DNA of 63,750 nucleotides, the filler included, from Licmophora abbreviata (taxonomy: Eukaryota), in NCBI GenBank assembly GCA_900291995.1. It is 9 parts of 9 records of this genome, joined end to end, with 100 filler letters (N's around TTAATTAATTAA, not from the genome) between each part and the next. Parts side by side here need not be neighbours in the genome. Positions count along the whole stretch, not along the records: positions 6,500 to 10,921 come from OLMU01005323.1; positions 11,022 to 15,196 come from OLMU01005324.1; positions 15,297 to 28,078 come from OLMU01005326.1; 6 more parts are not named here. One strand, written 5' to 3'. Position 1 is the first letter of the stretch, and each line of letters starts with the position of its first letter. Shown piece after piece: positions 10,858 through 21,995 of the stretch. Position numbers and translations under genes: made by a program. Below the pieces are notes generated by a model. That model did not search any database, was not told the origin of the DNA, and saw only the letters and a list, made by a program, of their open reading frames with translations.

Positions 10858-10921
10858 AGAACACACCAACTACGAGTGCACTGCGCTGCCATGGGCAACC
10901 CAATCGTCGGGGACGTACTGT
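10858..10921 (+). pseudogene. Fragment or exon of an RluA-family pseudouridine synthase
   Basis: Translates to [21 protein letters not shown], the hallmark RluA motif. Preceded by a possible acceptor (tag) and runs into the gap. No upstream exons recognised. Confidence 0.6.
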
Positions 10922-11750
10922 NNNNNNNNNNNNNNNNNNNNNNNNNNNNNNNNNNNNNNNNNNNNTTAATTAATTAANNNNNNNNNNNNNNNNNNNNNNN
11001 NNNNNNNNNNNNNNNNNNNNNAGGTCTTTCATATGAGCTATGAAAAACATGATAAATTTATGAGTCCCGCAATCCCATTTGGCATGCCTCTTGTTAGCAG
11101 CTTCAATGATGGCTCTGCTGAATGGGATCGCGGGATAATGGGATTGGAGGTGTTTACGGCTCTCTGAAAAAGCTTCTTCCAGCGTCAGTGATGCGACCGA
11201 TTCCAGTACAAAACCTACGGCAGAGTTTTGTACTCCGGCTGACGGCCAGAAAAGGTGAATATGTAGGACGATGAGAACCCATCATTGTTTGACCTGCATC
11301 GCCATTCGTCAATGGGTATGGGGAGTGAGAGAAACAAGCTGATTGTCGAGGACTGTAAGAAAGAGAAAGGCCGCTACCAAGCAGCATGGACGGGTGGGCT
11401 CCTCGAGTCCGCCCGGGGAACCAATACCTGGTACATTCCAAGATCGTGGAGGCGAATGCCTCTGTGAGAACTGCCTTCACGCGACTGAGCTTGCATCTAA
11501 TACGCAGTCATGGTCCTAACTGTCAAATGACCAACTATGCGATTCCTGAGAAGATCTGTTGCACAACTTTCGAGTGGTGTTGTCGACTTGGGATTCTATT
11601 TTCTGTTTGACAGCCTCGTCTATGCTTTCTGTCGTCTCGGTCCAAATAGCGTTCCTGTAGGCTACCAATACTCCTAGTTATTGTGAAAGGAGCTCGCGGA
11701 CGACGGCAGATATAATACGACAGAAACTTGTCCTGTGCAAACCCTGTAGT

Positions 11751-12590
11751 TTACACGTTCATGAGCGAATAGTTGGATCCCGCAGTGGTGCCCCTCGACG
11801 CTTGGTTTGTCTTGCCAACTTTGACATAGCGACGTCGGCACAAGGACAAGCTCCAGACAGTCACAAACAAAATGGGCGTTACCACTAGCAACGACAAGGC
11901 TGACACTATTGCCGTTTCAGCTGGTCGATTCTTCCACGACAACGACTCGTAGATACTGTCGTCGTCGGTTTCGACATCTCCATCTTGACGAAGCGGATTG
12001 CCAATGTCAGCGTAGGCGTGAACGACGGTCCAAATCAAGTAAAGCGCCGAGAAAATAATGACAAAGACACAATGCTTCAATCGAATCGGAATCTTGTTGA
12101 TGACAAGTCCCTCCAGGACTATCAACACGGCAAAGCCCCCGTGCTTCATATAGCTCTCGTATGTGACGTTGTGGTCGGGTGAGTACTCCACGATCCAGAA
12201 CAAGGCCGTCACAACCAGTTCGGTGCAAGCGGCCGTCGAGAACAGACCCCACACCAATCGAACGACGAAAGTAGGTCGCGGCTCGAAGCCAGTTGGCTGC
12301 TCGGGAATACCAAACAGCGTCAAGACAAAGGAAAGCACAAAGTAGAGTATCGAAATCGCGAACGCCCAGTGTGTAAGATAGGCCAAGTAGAACTGAGGAT
12401 AGCTGTAGGCGTACAAGTCTAGGCCTAAAACTTGGAGGGCCCAGCCTGTGAAGAGAAGTTTGGCGAGAAAAGAAAGCCAGAATGGCTTACGGTTGAAAGT
12501 GGACTCGACGTCAATTGTCTTGTCCTGGAAGTCTTTCACTCCAAAGAAGGAGAGCTTCCAATCGTCTCGGACTGGACCAAAACAGGGCAT
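11751..12590 (-). CDS. Multi-pass membrane protein, FAR-17a/AIG1-like (rolling-stone-like)
   Basis: About six TM helices, YLAYLTHW motif, HG motif and a D-S-I-Y-x-x-L-S-W segment. First ATG at 12590. Confidence 0.7.
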   Translation of the reverse strand: MPCFGPVRDDWKLSFFGVKDFQDKTIDVESTFNRKPFWLSFLAKLLFTGWALQVLGLDLYAYSYPQFYLAYLTHWAFAISILYFVLSFVLTLFGIPEQPTGFEPRPTFVVRLVWGLFSTAACTELVVTALFWIVEYSPDHNVTYESYMKHGGFAVLIVLEGLVINKIPIRLKHCVFVIIFSALYLIWTVVHAYADIGNPLRQDGDVETDDDSIYESLSWKNRPAETAIVSALSLLVVTPILFVTVWSLSLCRRRYVKVGKTNQASRGTTAGSNYSLMNV

Positions 12591-13011
12591 GGCGATTCTA
12601 TCGATCAAAACGTTACCGTGTAGGGGGTGTCTTGTAAAACGACGGGTCTTTGATGATGTCTCTCGTCATGAGATCGCAAACATGGTCGCCGGTGCCAAGA
12701 TGGCGGGGTTGGAAGCGGCGTGGACAGCCAAATTCTGCCAAATTCTATATTCTTTGAGCTTGTTGCTTTACGAGTATCATAGCAGGGCAAGATTCAGTCA
12801 TGAAAATGACGCGTTTTGAGTCATGACTCGAGTCGAGTCACGTGCCGATGTACGTGTGGTGGCGTGCTTCAAACTCTCCTCTCGTCATAGCCCATTCTCG
12901 CCATTCGACATGGTAAAATACCAATATCGTACTTGTACCGGTATTTTAGCCAGTATGAACTCGCTTTGTTCTCCCAGCCAGCAACTTTGCCCCACTCTCT
13001 AGACGAAACAT

Positions 13012-15099
13012 ATGAGAAACGATTGGAGTGCCAGCCGTCTGAGCCTTGTCGCTCTCGTTGTCCTGCAAGTTGGCGTGGTGCGTTCGATTCGGGCATCTCG
13101 AATTGATTTCGATCGCGATACCAGCACCGTTTATCTAGCTTCCACGGCCGTTTTTTTAACCGAGATTCTCAAGTTAGCCATTAACCTTCTTCTTGAACGT
13201 CAACAACTGGCTCGAAAGAACCAGGAACGAACGTGGCCAAACAAGAGAGTCGATCTCTGTTCGGGCCTCTTGTCGAACGATGGACTCAAGCTCGCGATAG
13301 TACCCGCTCTATTCTACGTGGTCCAAAATACGTTCGAGTATATCGCCTTGACTCATTTGACAGTGCCACTGTATCAAATTACAAACCAGGGCAAGCTGCT
13401 AACGATGGTACTCTTCCGTCGGATCCTACCAAGACAACACCAGCTCCTCTCTCCCAACCAATATTTGGCCCTGTTCCTTTTGGCGCTGGGAGTCGCACTT
13501 CAGCTGTACTCCATGCTGGGGCGCGAACAGGTACCGCAACAGGACTATACGCAGAGTCGTGTGGTTGGATTTCTTGCCATGTGTGTGGCGTGCATCGCAT
13601 CAGGATTCGGCAGAGTGTACTTTGAAAGGCTCCTCGCGGAACCACTCGTCTCGGTGTATATCCGGAACAGCCAAGTAGCACTGTGGAGTATTCCATTCGC
13701 AATGATGGGCATATTGAGTGACCTTGACAAGATAAAGGATGTCGGACTTTTTCAGGGATACAGTAATGCCCTCGTCTGGACGGTGATTCTTTCTCAAGCC
13801 GTCTATGGACTCGTGGTATCACTTGCCACGAAGCACGCCGTTTCTGGTCTCCATGGCTTGGGAGTGTCTATATACATTGTGTTCGCTGCCATGTGCACGA
13901 CGGTCATCTGGGGTGTCTCCCACTGGAACGCTTGGTATGTGTGGGTCGGCGCAGTCCTTATCCTGTACTCGGTGCGACTCTTTTATAAACACCCGGCGGC
14001 AGCAGAACTGTCGGCAAACGAGGAGAAAGGGCATCCCTACCGGTCTACCGCAAAAGTCCCAGGAAAGAGGCACCGGCATGCTCTTCTACTCCTTGTATTC
14101 GCACTCCTATTCGTTCAATTGCTAATTCAGACGATGCGACTGAGTAAAGATACAGCCAGCGTCCGAGCGCGCATTGATCAGGAGAGAAGGAATCAGCGAT
14201 GGAGAGGCCGCGTACTGAAACATCCCTTCTGGGAACCGCCGACGCTTATGCTTGGCAATCGCACGCTTCAGAAGAGCCAAGGAATCCGTCCTGCGACTAC
14301 ATGCTCGTACAGATCTATTCCAGCTGACACCGAATGGAGCCACCCAGGTTACACTGGTTACTCGTCGTGCATGTGGTACCACTGTAGTAGAGATGTTGAA
14401 CAGTGCGACAATACGTTGTCTACTACCTTTGATGGTCCGGATCCGCCATGTTGTAGCCATCTCATGAGAGACATGGCCGCTGCCGTTGACGAAGTCATGT
14501 GTTCCTTAGGGCTGGTCTACATGGTGGAGTGGGGCTCGCTGTTGGGATTGGTCAGGTCGGATCGATTCATACCGTGGACCGGCGATCACGATATCACAAT
14601 GACGAGATCCACAATGGCAGCATTGTGGGCGCTGCGGAACGAAGGCACGCTTTCAAAGCATGGTCTTGCGATGGTTTCTGACTCTAACTTCCGATTCTGT
14701 ATCTCTCCGACGTTTGCAAAAGGGAAACTTCAGCGGTGGGAGATGAAGAGACCATGGTCGAGCTATGTAACGGAACCCGAGCAGTGGTGGTTAACAGAGA
14801 ACTTCTTGTACACGGACGTTGGTTGGACTGGTCTGACCGAAGATGATCTGTATTTCGGTCCGGGGGCGGTCCGTTTCTTGCCGGAAGATGTGTATCCTCT
14901 GGTACGGAGGCCTGTGTACAACGGCACGTTTTACGTCAACTTTCCGCACAATTCCGAAGCGATGTTGAGCATTGGCTATGGGCCAGACTGGGGTACGCCG
15001 GACGCGAGGCAAAAGAAGCATGGCGACCCCGCCTATTTGAAGCATGCGAATCGAAGCATGCTAGTCGATATTCAGCGAGGCGGTCAATTGCCATCTTGA
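13012..15099 (+). CDS. SLC35A-type nucleotide-sugar transporter fused to a LicD-family phosphotransferase
   Basis: N-terminal ~325 aa have STAVFLTEILKL, VPALFYVVQN, YQITNQGKLLT, SGFGRVYFE, IRNSQ and GLFQGY. An extra TM is followed by a Cys-rich lumenal region and the LicD motif WGSLLGLVRSDRFIPWTGDHD…YGPDWGTPD. One uninterrupted 695-aa ORF. Confidence 0.85.
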   Translation: MRNDWSASRLSLVALVVLQVGVVRSIRASRIDFDRDTSTVYLASTAVFLTEILKLAINLLLERQQLARKNQERTWPNKRVDLCSGLLSNDGLKLAIVPALFYVVQNTFEYIALTHLTVPLYQITNQGKLLTMVLFRRILPRQHQLLSPNQYLALFLLALGVALQLYSMLGREQVPQQDYTQSRVVGFLAMCVACIASGFGRVYFERLLAEPLVSVYIRNSQVALWSIPFAMMGILSDLDKIKDVGLFQGYSNALVWTVILSQAVYGLVVSLATKHAVSGLHGLGVSIYIVFAAMCTTVIWGVSHWNAWYVWVGAVLILYSVRLFYKHPAAAELSANEEKGHPYRSTAKVPGKRHRHALLLLVFALLFVQLLIQTMRLSKDTASVRARIDQERRNQRWRGRVLKHPFWEPPTLMLGNRTLQKSQGIRPATTCSYRSIPADTEWSHPGYTGYSSCMWYHCSRDVEQCDNTLSTTFDGPDPPCCSHLMRDMAAAVDEVMCSLGLVYMVEWGSLLGLVRSDRFIPWTGDHDITMTRSTMAALWALRNEGTLSKHGLAMVSDSNFRFCISPTFAKGKLQRWEMKRPWSSYVTEPEQWWLTENFLYTDVGWTGLTEDDLYFGPGAVRFLPEDVYPLVRRPVYNGTFYVNFPHNSEAMLSIGYGPDWGTPDARQKKHGDPAYLKHANRSMLVDIQRGGQLPS

Positions 15100-15296
15100 C
15101 GGCTGTGGGGAGTATTCTGCGGCATCAATTACGGTCGACTAAACAGTATGGAGAATCAAACGCCGCTACGAGTGACGCGCCATCACCGCCTCTCAGNNNN
15201 NNNNNNNNNNNNNNNNNNNNNNNNNNNNNNNNNNNNNNNNTTAATTAATTAANNNNNNNNNNNNNNNNNNNNNNNNNNNNNNNNNNNNNNNNNNNN

Positions 15297-18200
15297 TTTG
15301 AACGCATGTCCGAAGACTGCATCGGTGCTATCGTGACGGCACAGAAGGAAAGCTACAAGCTCGGACTACAGGAGGTCGGTCCTGAAGTGCTCTGGGCTGG
15401 CGTGGTCGATCGACCCGAAAAAACAAAGTCGACCTTGACACAGTATGGTGTAACTTGGAGAAAGACACTGCAGGTGCTGCAGGAAATGTTCCGAGACGAG
15501 CAACCAGAACGGGCAGGGCTGACTGCCTTCTTATCGGCGAAGAAAAAGGATGACTTGCCGTTCAGTAAAAAGCTCAAAAAGTACATGATTGACGCTGGAA
15601 AGCTGGCCGACAAGATGGAAAGCACGACGATTCATTCGGAACATGTACTGCTAGCTATTTTGGAGTATGATGCCGATGCGAATACAGCAGCTGTTCCAAA
15701 TGAGGATGACCGAGTCTGTGGGGGGCTGGCTGTGCTGCATCGTGTGGTGGATCCGGAACTTTCGGCATTGGATTTCTGTACAGCTCTCCTCAACAACATG
15801 AAGGACGAGCAATCGAATGAAGCCGAGTTGGTGGCGACGGGAAGTCCGTCGGGAAGCAAGAAGACTCCGACATTGGAAGAGGTTGGAATCGATCTCACAC
15901 TGCTGGCCAAGCAGGGACAGCTAGATATCGTGGAAGGACGAGAAGACGAGATTCGTATGTGTCTACGTACCCTTATTCGACGACGAAAGAACAATCCGTG
16001 TCTCATGGGAGAACCAGGGGTCGGTACGTATCGAGGAGCGAGGGCGCAATTACACCATTAAGTGTTCCAATGAGTCCACCCTCACGTTTCGTCGTTCTTC
16101 CTCATTCCTACAGGTAAGACAGCAATCGCGGAAGGTATCGCACAGATTGTCGCGGATCCCGAAAAGTGTCCCCCGAAACTGCAGGGGTATCGCATTGTAT
16201 CGCTGGAGCTGGCGAATCTCGTGGCAGGCACGAAATACCGCGGTGAGTTTGAAGAGCGGATCCAGGCTATTCTGCAGGAAGTCATGGATGAAAAGGCGCC
16301 TCCGACGATTCTCTTTATCGACGAGATCCATAATTTGGCCGGAGCTGGTAGTGCAGAAGGTGGGGGCCTCGATGCTGGTCAGATTTTCAAACCGGCCTTG
16401 TCGCGCGGGCAGTTACAACTCATAGGCGCAACGACCATTGCAGAGTATCGAAAATACATCGAGAAGGATGCAGCACTGGAAAGAAGGTTTCAGCCACTGA
16501 TGGTCAAGGAGCCCAGCACTGAACAGACAATGAGTATCCTGGCAGCCATCGCTCCGCGGTACGAGAAGCATCATGGAGTCAAGTATTCGCCAGAGAGCTT
16601 GGAGGCAGCTGCAAAGTTAAGTGAACGCTACATAACAGATCGATTCTTGCCGGACAAGGCGATCGATCTGTTAGACGAGTCGGGTGCGTTGATGCAAATG
16701 GATGCTGAGGAAGACGAGACCCCTACGTAACGGAGCACACAGTGGCAACTATCTTGTCCGAATGGACTTCGATTCCTATCGGCAAGCTTGAAAGGGGTGA
16801 AATGGATAGACTTCAGAATTTGGAGGCTGAAATGACAAATCGTGTGAAAGGTCAGGGACGAGCCGTTCGAGCGGTTTCACGCGCAGTAAGACGTGCTCGG
16901 AGTGGATTACGAGATACTCGACGACCGATCGCTAGTTTCTTGTTCTGCGGTCCAACGGGAACGGTGAGTGGATAGATTGGGCGGTTCTGTCTCTATTCGA
17001 CGAATGTGATAACTCATAGCGTGGCTGCATCTATATTATAGGGCAAGACAGAGCTTTGTAAAACGTTGGCGGCGACGTACTTTGGAAGCGAGAAGGATAT
17101 GATCCGTATCGACATGTCCGAATACGGCGAAAAACACACCGTCAGTCGGCTGACAGGCCCCCCTCCAGGTTACATTGGATATGTAAGTCAAGCGCGCCGC
17201 TGTTGGAGGCTGTATGATAAGGTGATTGTCGTCTCTTACTGTTTCTATCTTTTCAAACCTGCACGACAATCTATATAGGAAGAGGGCGGTCAACTGACCG
17301 AGGCCGTTCGTCGTAGTCCGCATGCCGTGGTACTGCTAGATGAGCTGGAAAAAGCGCACAGCGATGTCCTCAACATTTTGCTTCAAATCATGGAGGATGG
17401 AATGCTTACCGACGGCAAGGGACGAACTGTGAACTTTAAGAATACAATTCTGGTCATGACCTCGAATGTCGGAAGCAAGCGAATCTTGGATGTGTCTCGA
17501 GGTGAAACTTGGAGAAGTTCGGCGACGCCCGATAGCGACTCACCGCCCATTTCTGAAAGGGACGTGTCCTCCATTGAACCGATGCGACCAGATGAGGTTT
17601 TGTCGAAGATGCAGAACAATCCGGCTGCCATGTCACTAATGATGGAAGCAGCTTCCGATCCAGATCTCATGGGCGCTATGCAGACAGCCATGGGTGGCTC
17701 TCCTGCAGACTTGCTCAAGGCGGGTCGAAGCAATCCAAAGGTTGCAGAGTTCCTGCGAAAGCTGTGGCATGTCATTGACACAGGGAGTGATGTCGCAAGG
17801 GTGCCGTCTCCACCTGCTAACGGTAAGAAGCAGCCCAAGTCGGCCATAGAAGATGCCGTGTCGAAATGGACAGCCGGTTCGGCCGAGAAATTCGCATCTG
17901 GCTTGGTAGAAAAGATTGAAGGCATGATTCCGTCGGGATCGAAAGACGGAAGTAACACAGCAGGGCAGACGGCCAATGAAAAACTGTACTTGGACATGTC
18001 AGCTGTCGTCAAGGAAGAGCTTGAGGCCAGTATGAAACCTGAATTGCTGAATCGAATGGACGAAATTGTAATCTTCTCGCCGCTATCCTCCGAAGACTTG
18101 ACGATGATTGCCGGCCTTCTTCTTCAAGACACGGTCCGACGTGCTAAGGAGGAATGCCAGATGGAACTTACAGTCAAGCAGGCGGTTATAGATCAAGTCA

Positions 18201-18518
18201 GAGATGAGGGAAGCGTGAACGCCTCGCAGTTTGGCGCCCGTCCCATGCGACGGGCGGCGCAACGGTTCTTGGAAGATACAATCAGCGACGCAATCGTTCG
18301 AGGCTTTTCTCGGAGAAGGTGATTCTGCCTCTGTTGACCTAGCCAGTGTTGCAGTGGATGGTACATGTACAATATTACTAACTCGGGAGGACGGAATGAC
18401 GCTCGAAGTCCAAGTCGAAGACGGAAGTGGTGGTATTGGCTCTGTGGTTCAGGGGAGGGGCGTTGCGTCGAGCATCAACGGAGAGGTGACCCCCCAAACA
18501 GAGACGGTTGGACTATAG
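15297..18518 (+). CDS. clpC: ClpC/ClpB-type AAA+ chaperone (5'-truncated by gap; 3 introns; 2 apparent 1-nt frameshifts)
   Basis: FERMS Clp-N start, [59 protein letters not shown] and FGARPMRR. Introns at 16024-16113, 16964-17041 and 17183-17278. Frame changes at ~16722 and ~18306. Confidence 0.88.
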
Positions 18519-18597
18519 CTACATATCGAAACAGGCCGCTGCAACCGGTGCATCTGCAAAAGAACGTCTTTCTCCACCGCTAAGATAGTAGAGTACG

Positions 18598-19891
18598 CTA
18601 TTGCTGAGTTCCGACACACACTTCCTGCCAGATTGTGAGGAATCTCCGTGCGACCTGCGGTCGATCCTCCGCTGTCTCGCCGGGTTGCGTGTATCCTTGT
18701 ACCAACGCTTCGTGCGAAAAATGTACTGCCAGCTTGTTATCAGTGAGGCGACAATCCCCACTCCTCCATCCATGTTCGAGTAACACATCTTGTCCTTCGA
18801 CAACAACATCGTGAGCACTGTACGCTTCGTCCTTGCGCATGTCAATCAAAGCGAACATGTCGCTCCACATTGTTTCGTTTTGCGAATGCGCCAGCCCATT
18901 CGTCAGGATAGCGTAGGCCATGCGTGTCCACTCCTCCGATCGGCCACTCATCAAACACGGAATACCCGCTGTCTGAGAGCCTTTGACTACCGAATATACC
19001 GCAAAATCTCCGTTCTGAGGCGGATCGTTGGTCGGAGGCGCTGGACTGAGTGGGAAAACGTCATAGTCGCTCATGAAACCACCTCCGACCGCTGCCATGG
19101 CGATCCATCGCAAGAAACAAAGCTAGGCGTGTAATTGGATTGTGCAAGTCATACACAAGGGAAAGCTGTGAGAGTTGCGGCGTGAAAGGGGCGACTCGAA
19201 CACAATCGTTTCTGTCAATCGTACTCACCTGATTGTACACGATGTTGCCCCCCTTGCCATCGATTCCCAACAGAGGAATTTTTCGCAGCTGCTCCACGTA
19301 GTCATCGTATTGCGGATGTCTCTTGGCATCCTGGAGCGTCAACACCCGTGGGTCCCATCCAGCTTCCATCCACGCTGCCTTCCATGTATCAATCAAGGCC
19401 GTGTCGGCAGCCTCGCTCATTTGCGTTCCTTTGTGTTCAGCACTGATGCGTTCAAAGAAGGTATACATAATCGGACGAACTGTTGGTGCCTTTACAGGTT
19501 TCTCTTCTGGTGGAGGTCGCGAGCGAAGATTATTGGTAGTGGATGATTGAGCGGAAACAGCAGTGATGGAGTCATCTGCTGCCGCCGTCGCTGGGGGCAG
19601 TGAGCTCGATGTGCCTGCCGTCGACCCTTCTACAGCTACCACTTGTGGAACGACCGTGCCCCTTTGCTCAGAGTGTACCGGTACAGGAGGGGGAGGGCCG
19701 TACTGCCCTTGACCGATCAGGCCCAGTTCTCTCATCAACACAAAGCAGAACGTGGCCGTAATGGCCGAGTAGAGATAGTTTCGAATTCGCTCGTGCTGCA
19801 TTTGCTTCATCAGAAGTTCTGAGCGCCCAGAAGAAGACAAAGAGGCGCTCGCAGACGATGGTGAGGATCCAGGGGATCGACGACGAGGCAT
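18598..19891 (-). CDS. Type II membrane protein with DxD motif, putative GT-A glycosyltransferase-like
   Basis: N-terminal TM and Pro/Ser stem, then [15 protein letters not shown]…[23 protein letters not shown]…WSDM…VHFSH. GT-AG intron 19123-19228 joins the two ORFs in frame. Confidence 0.7.
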
Positions 19892-20459
19892 TCAGGAGGC
19901 AGAATCAAACGCTTGCTGCGTACAGAGACGGGTCGTTGCGGTTTTGTGACGCTAGTGCTCATTACTCCCTTCAGGTCATCTCCCAAAATTGAAAATGACC
20001 TCGAGGCGTCGCGCCAATCTCGAGGTCGCGAGTTCCGTATCGTGTGGTCGGAGTATACACACAATTTTTGTCGTCCACAGCAACTTCAAATGAAAAATGG
20101 TAATCATACTTGTATATAATTAATTTGCTGTTCAGATCTGTTAGTCATCATATAAACTATATCAGATCATAATACAATTACAGATGGAGTCTGCTGTCTA
20201 TTGGCATAAGTGTAATCTGATAAAAAGGAGTCCAATGCCATTAAAGATTGAACTTGGCTTACAGGACTCGCCAGCGCGCAAGTATCCAATATTTCATATT
20301 CGTAGACGAATGTAGTGAGCTGGCCCGCGTGTTGTTGTCGCCGTGTTTCGTCATTGAATTTGAGGTTTTTAGTTGGTGAACATGCAGCGAAACATCGACA
20401 GCACAGCACGTGCCCAACCCTCATACGGCCTCACTGATGAGAACAAAGACGCCTTGACT

Positions 20460-21995
20460 ATGGACTTTCAGCATGACGTCCTTGAAAGGGGCGTAGACTG
20501 GATGATGGGTCTGAAATCGGGGTTCGCTACTCTCTCTTCGGCTCTCTTCATCATTACTTTCTGCATCGTATTTACCTACGGCGTGGTGCAAGTTCAATTG
20601 TACCGATGCACCTCCGTCACGCCGTCTGACGAAAAGGAACCGGACCCCGTCAAGGGCAACGTTGGACACCCCTTCGTCACGATCCAGTTGCCCATCTACA
20701 ACGAAGTTTACGTCGTCGAGGACCTTATCGACAACATCATGAAGCTGCGTTGGCCCAAGCGCAAGTTCGAGGTGCAGGTGCTCGACGACAGTAACGACGA
20801 GACGGTCAAGATCGTGCGGCGCAAAGTTTCAGAATATGCGGCCAAGGGATTCAGTATTCGACAGATTCGTCGTCCCGTTCGCCACGGCTTCAAGGCTGGG
20901 GCGCTGCAGGATTGTATGGACCTTGCCAAGGGCAAGTTCATCGCCATCTTTGATGCAGACTTCTTGCCCCGAGAAGACTTCTTGCGCAGAACCATGCTCT
21001 GCTTCAAGGACCCCGAAGTCTGCTGCGTGCAGACGCGCTGGGAAACGCTCAACGAAGACTACTCCCTGCTCACTCGCTTGCAGAATGTCCCCCTGAACAC
21101 TCACTTTCGTGTGGAGCAGGAGGGTCGCTACCAGGGTGGCTACCTTTGCCAATTCAACGGTACGGCCGGTATTTGGCGCAAGGAAGCGATCGTGGACGCC
21201 GGTGGATGGCACTGCGATACAATCACTGAGGACGTGGACCTCAGCTTTCGCGCTCAAATGGCGGGCTGGAAAATCAGGTACCTCAACGAGGTTGGCACAC
21301 CTGGCGAGATGCCGGCCGACATGAACAGCCTCAAGTCGCAGCAGTTTCGATGGACAAAGGGACAAGCCGAAGTGGCTCGCAAGCTTTTGCCTACAATCTG
21401 GAGCTCTGATGAATTGGACTTTAGCCAAAAAGCGCACGCGTCGGTGCATCTGCTCGCAAGCTCGTCCTACCCGGCTCTGCTCGTGAATTTGGCTATCAGT
21501 GTGCCCGTGGTGTTCCTACAGGACGCCGATGCGTTCCTCCCACGTGTATTGGGAACTCTTCCCCTTGTTAACTCGGTGCTTTTTTTGCTTGTCCACTATT
21601 TTGGCAATGTAGACTTGCCAACTCGGATGGAGGGCGGGTACTGGAAGAAGTTGGTCAAGTACAGCTTCGTCTATCCGCTTTACCAGACCATTTGCGTCGG
21701 TATTTCGCTGCACTGCTCAATCGGTGTTTTACAAGCCTGGATGGGCAAGCGCTCGCCCTTTGTACGCACGCCAAAGTTCAACATCAAGGACCCTGTTGCT
21801 AAGTTCTCTGGTCGCAAGTACTTGGCCACTAGAATCGAAATGTCAACGATCCTGGATGGTGTACTGGCGCTCTACTTTACTATGGGAATGATGTTCGGGC
21901 TGTACACGGGAAAATATGCCTTCATTGCCCTACATGCCCAGGCAGCAGCTGGTTTCCTTAGCGTCTTTGTCCTTTCGGTGATGCATATGAAGTAA
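20460..21995 (+). CDS. Processive GT2 beta-glycan synthase, copy B
   Basis: Same D,D,D,QxxRW signature as copy A, with a nearly identical catalytic core. Start placed at MDFQ (20460) by alignment with MEFQ of copy A; an upstream in-frame ATG at 20382 is possible. Confidence 0.92.
   Translation: MDFQHDVLERGVDWMMGLKSGFATLSSALFIITFCIVFTYGVVQVQLYRCTSVTPSDEKEPDPVKGNVGHPFVTIQLPIYNEVYVVEDLIDNIMKLRWPKRKFEVQVLDDSNDETVKIVRRKVSEYAAKGFSIRQIRRPVRHGFKAGALQDCMDLAKGKFIAIFDADFLPREDFLRRTMLCFKDPEVCCVQTRWETLNEDYSLLTRLQNVPLNTHFRVEQEGRYQGGYLCQFNGTAGIWRKEAIVDAGGWHCDTITEDVDLSFRAQMAGWKIRYLNEVGTPGEMPADMNSLKSQQFRWTKGQAEVARKLLPTIWSSDELDFSQKAHASVHLLASSSYPALLVNLAISVPVVFLQDADAFLPRVLGTLPLVNSVLFLLVHYFGNVDLPTRMEGGYWKKLVKYSFVYPLYQTICVGISLHCSIGVLQAWMGKRSPFVRTPKFNIKDPVAKFSGRKYLATRIEMSTILDGVLALYFTMGMMFGLYTGKYAFIALHAQAAAGFLSVFVLSVMHMK

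Noticed and set aside
11022..11480. Coding-like sequence after the gap (VFHMSYEKHDKF…)
   Set aside because: Interrupted by stops with no recognisable family; possibly a decayed gene but not supportable.
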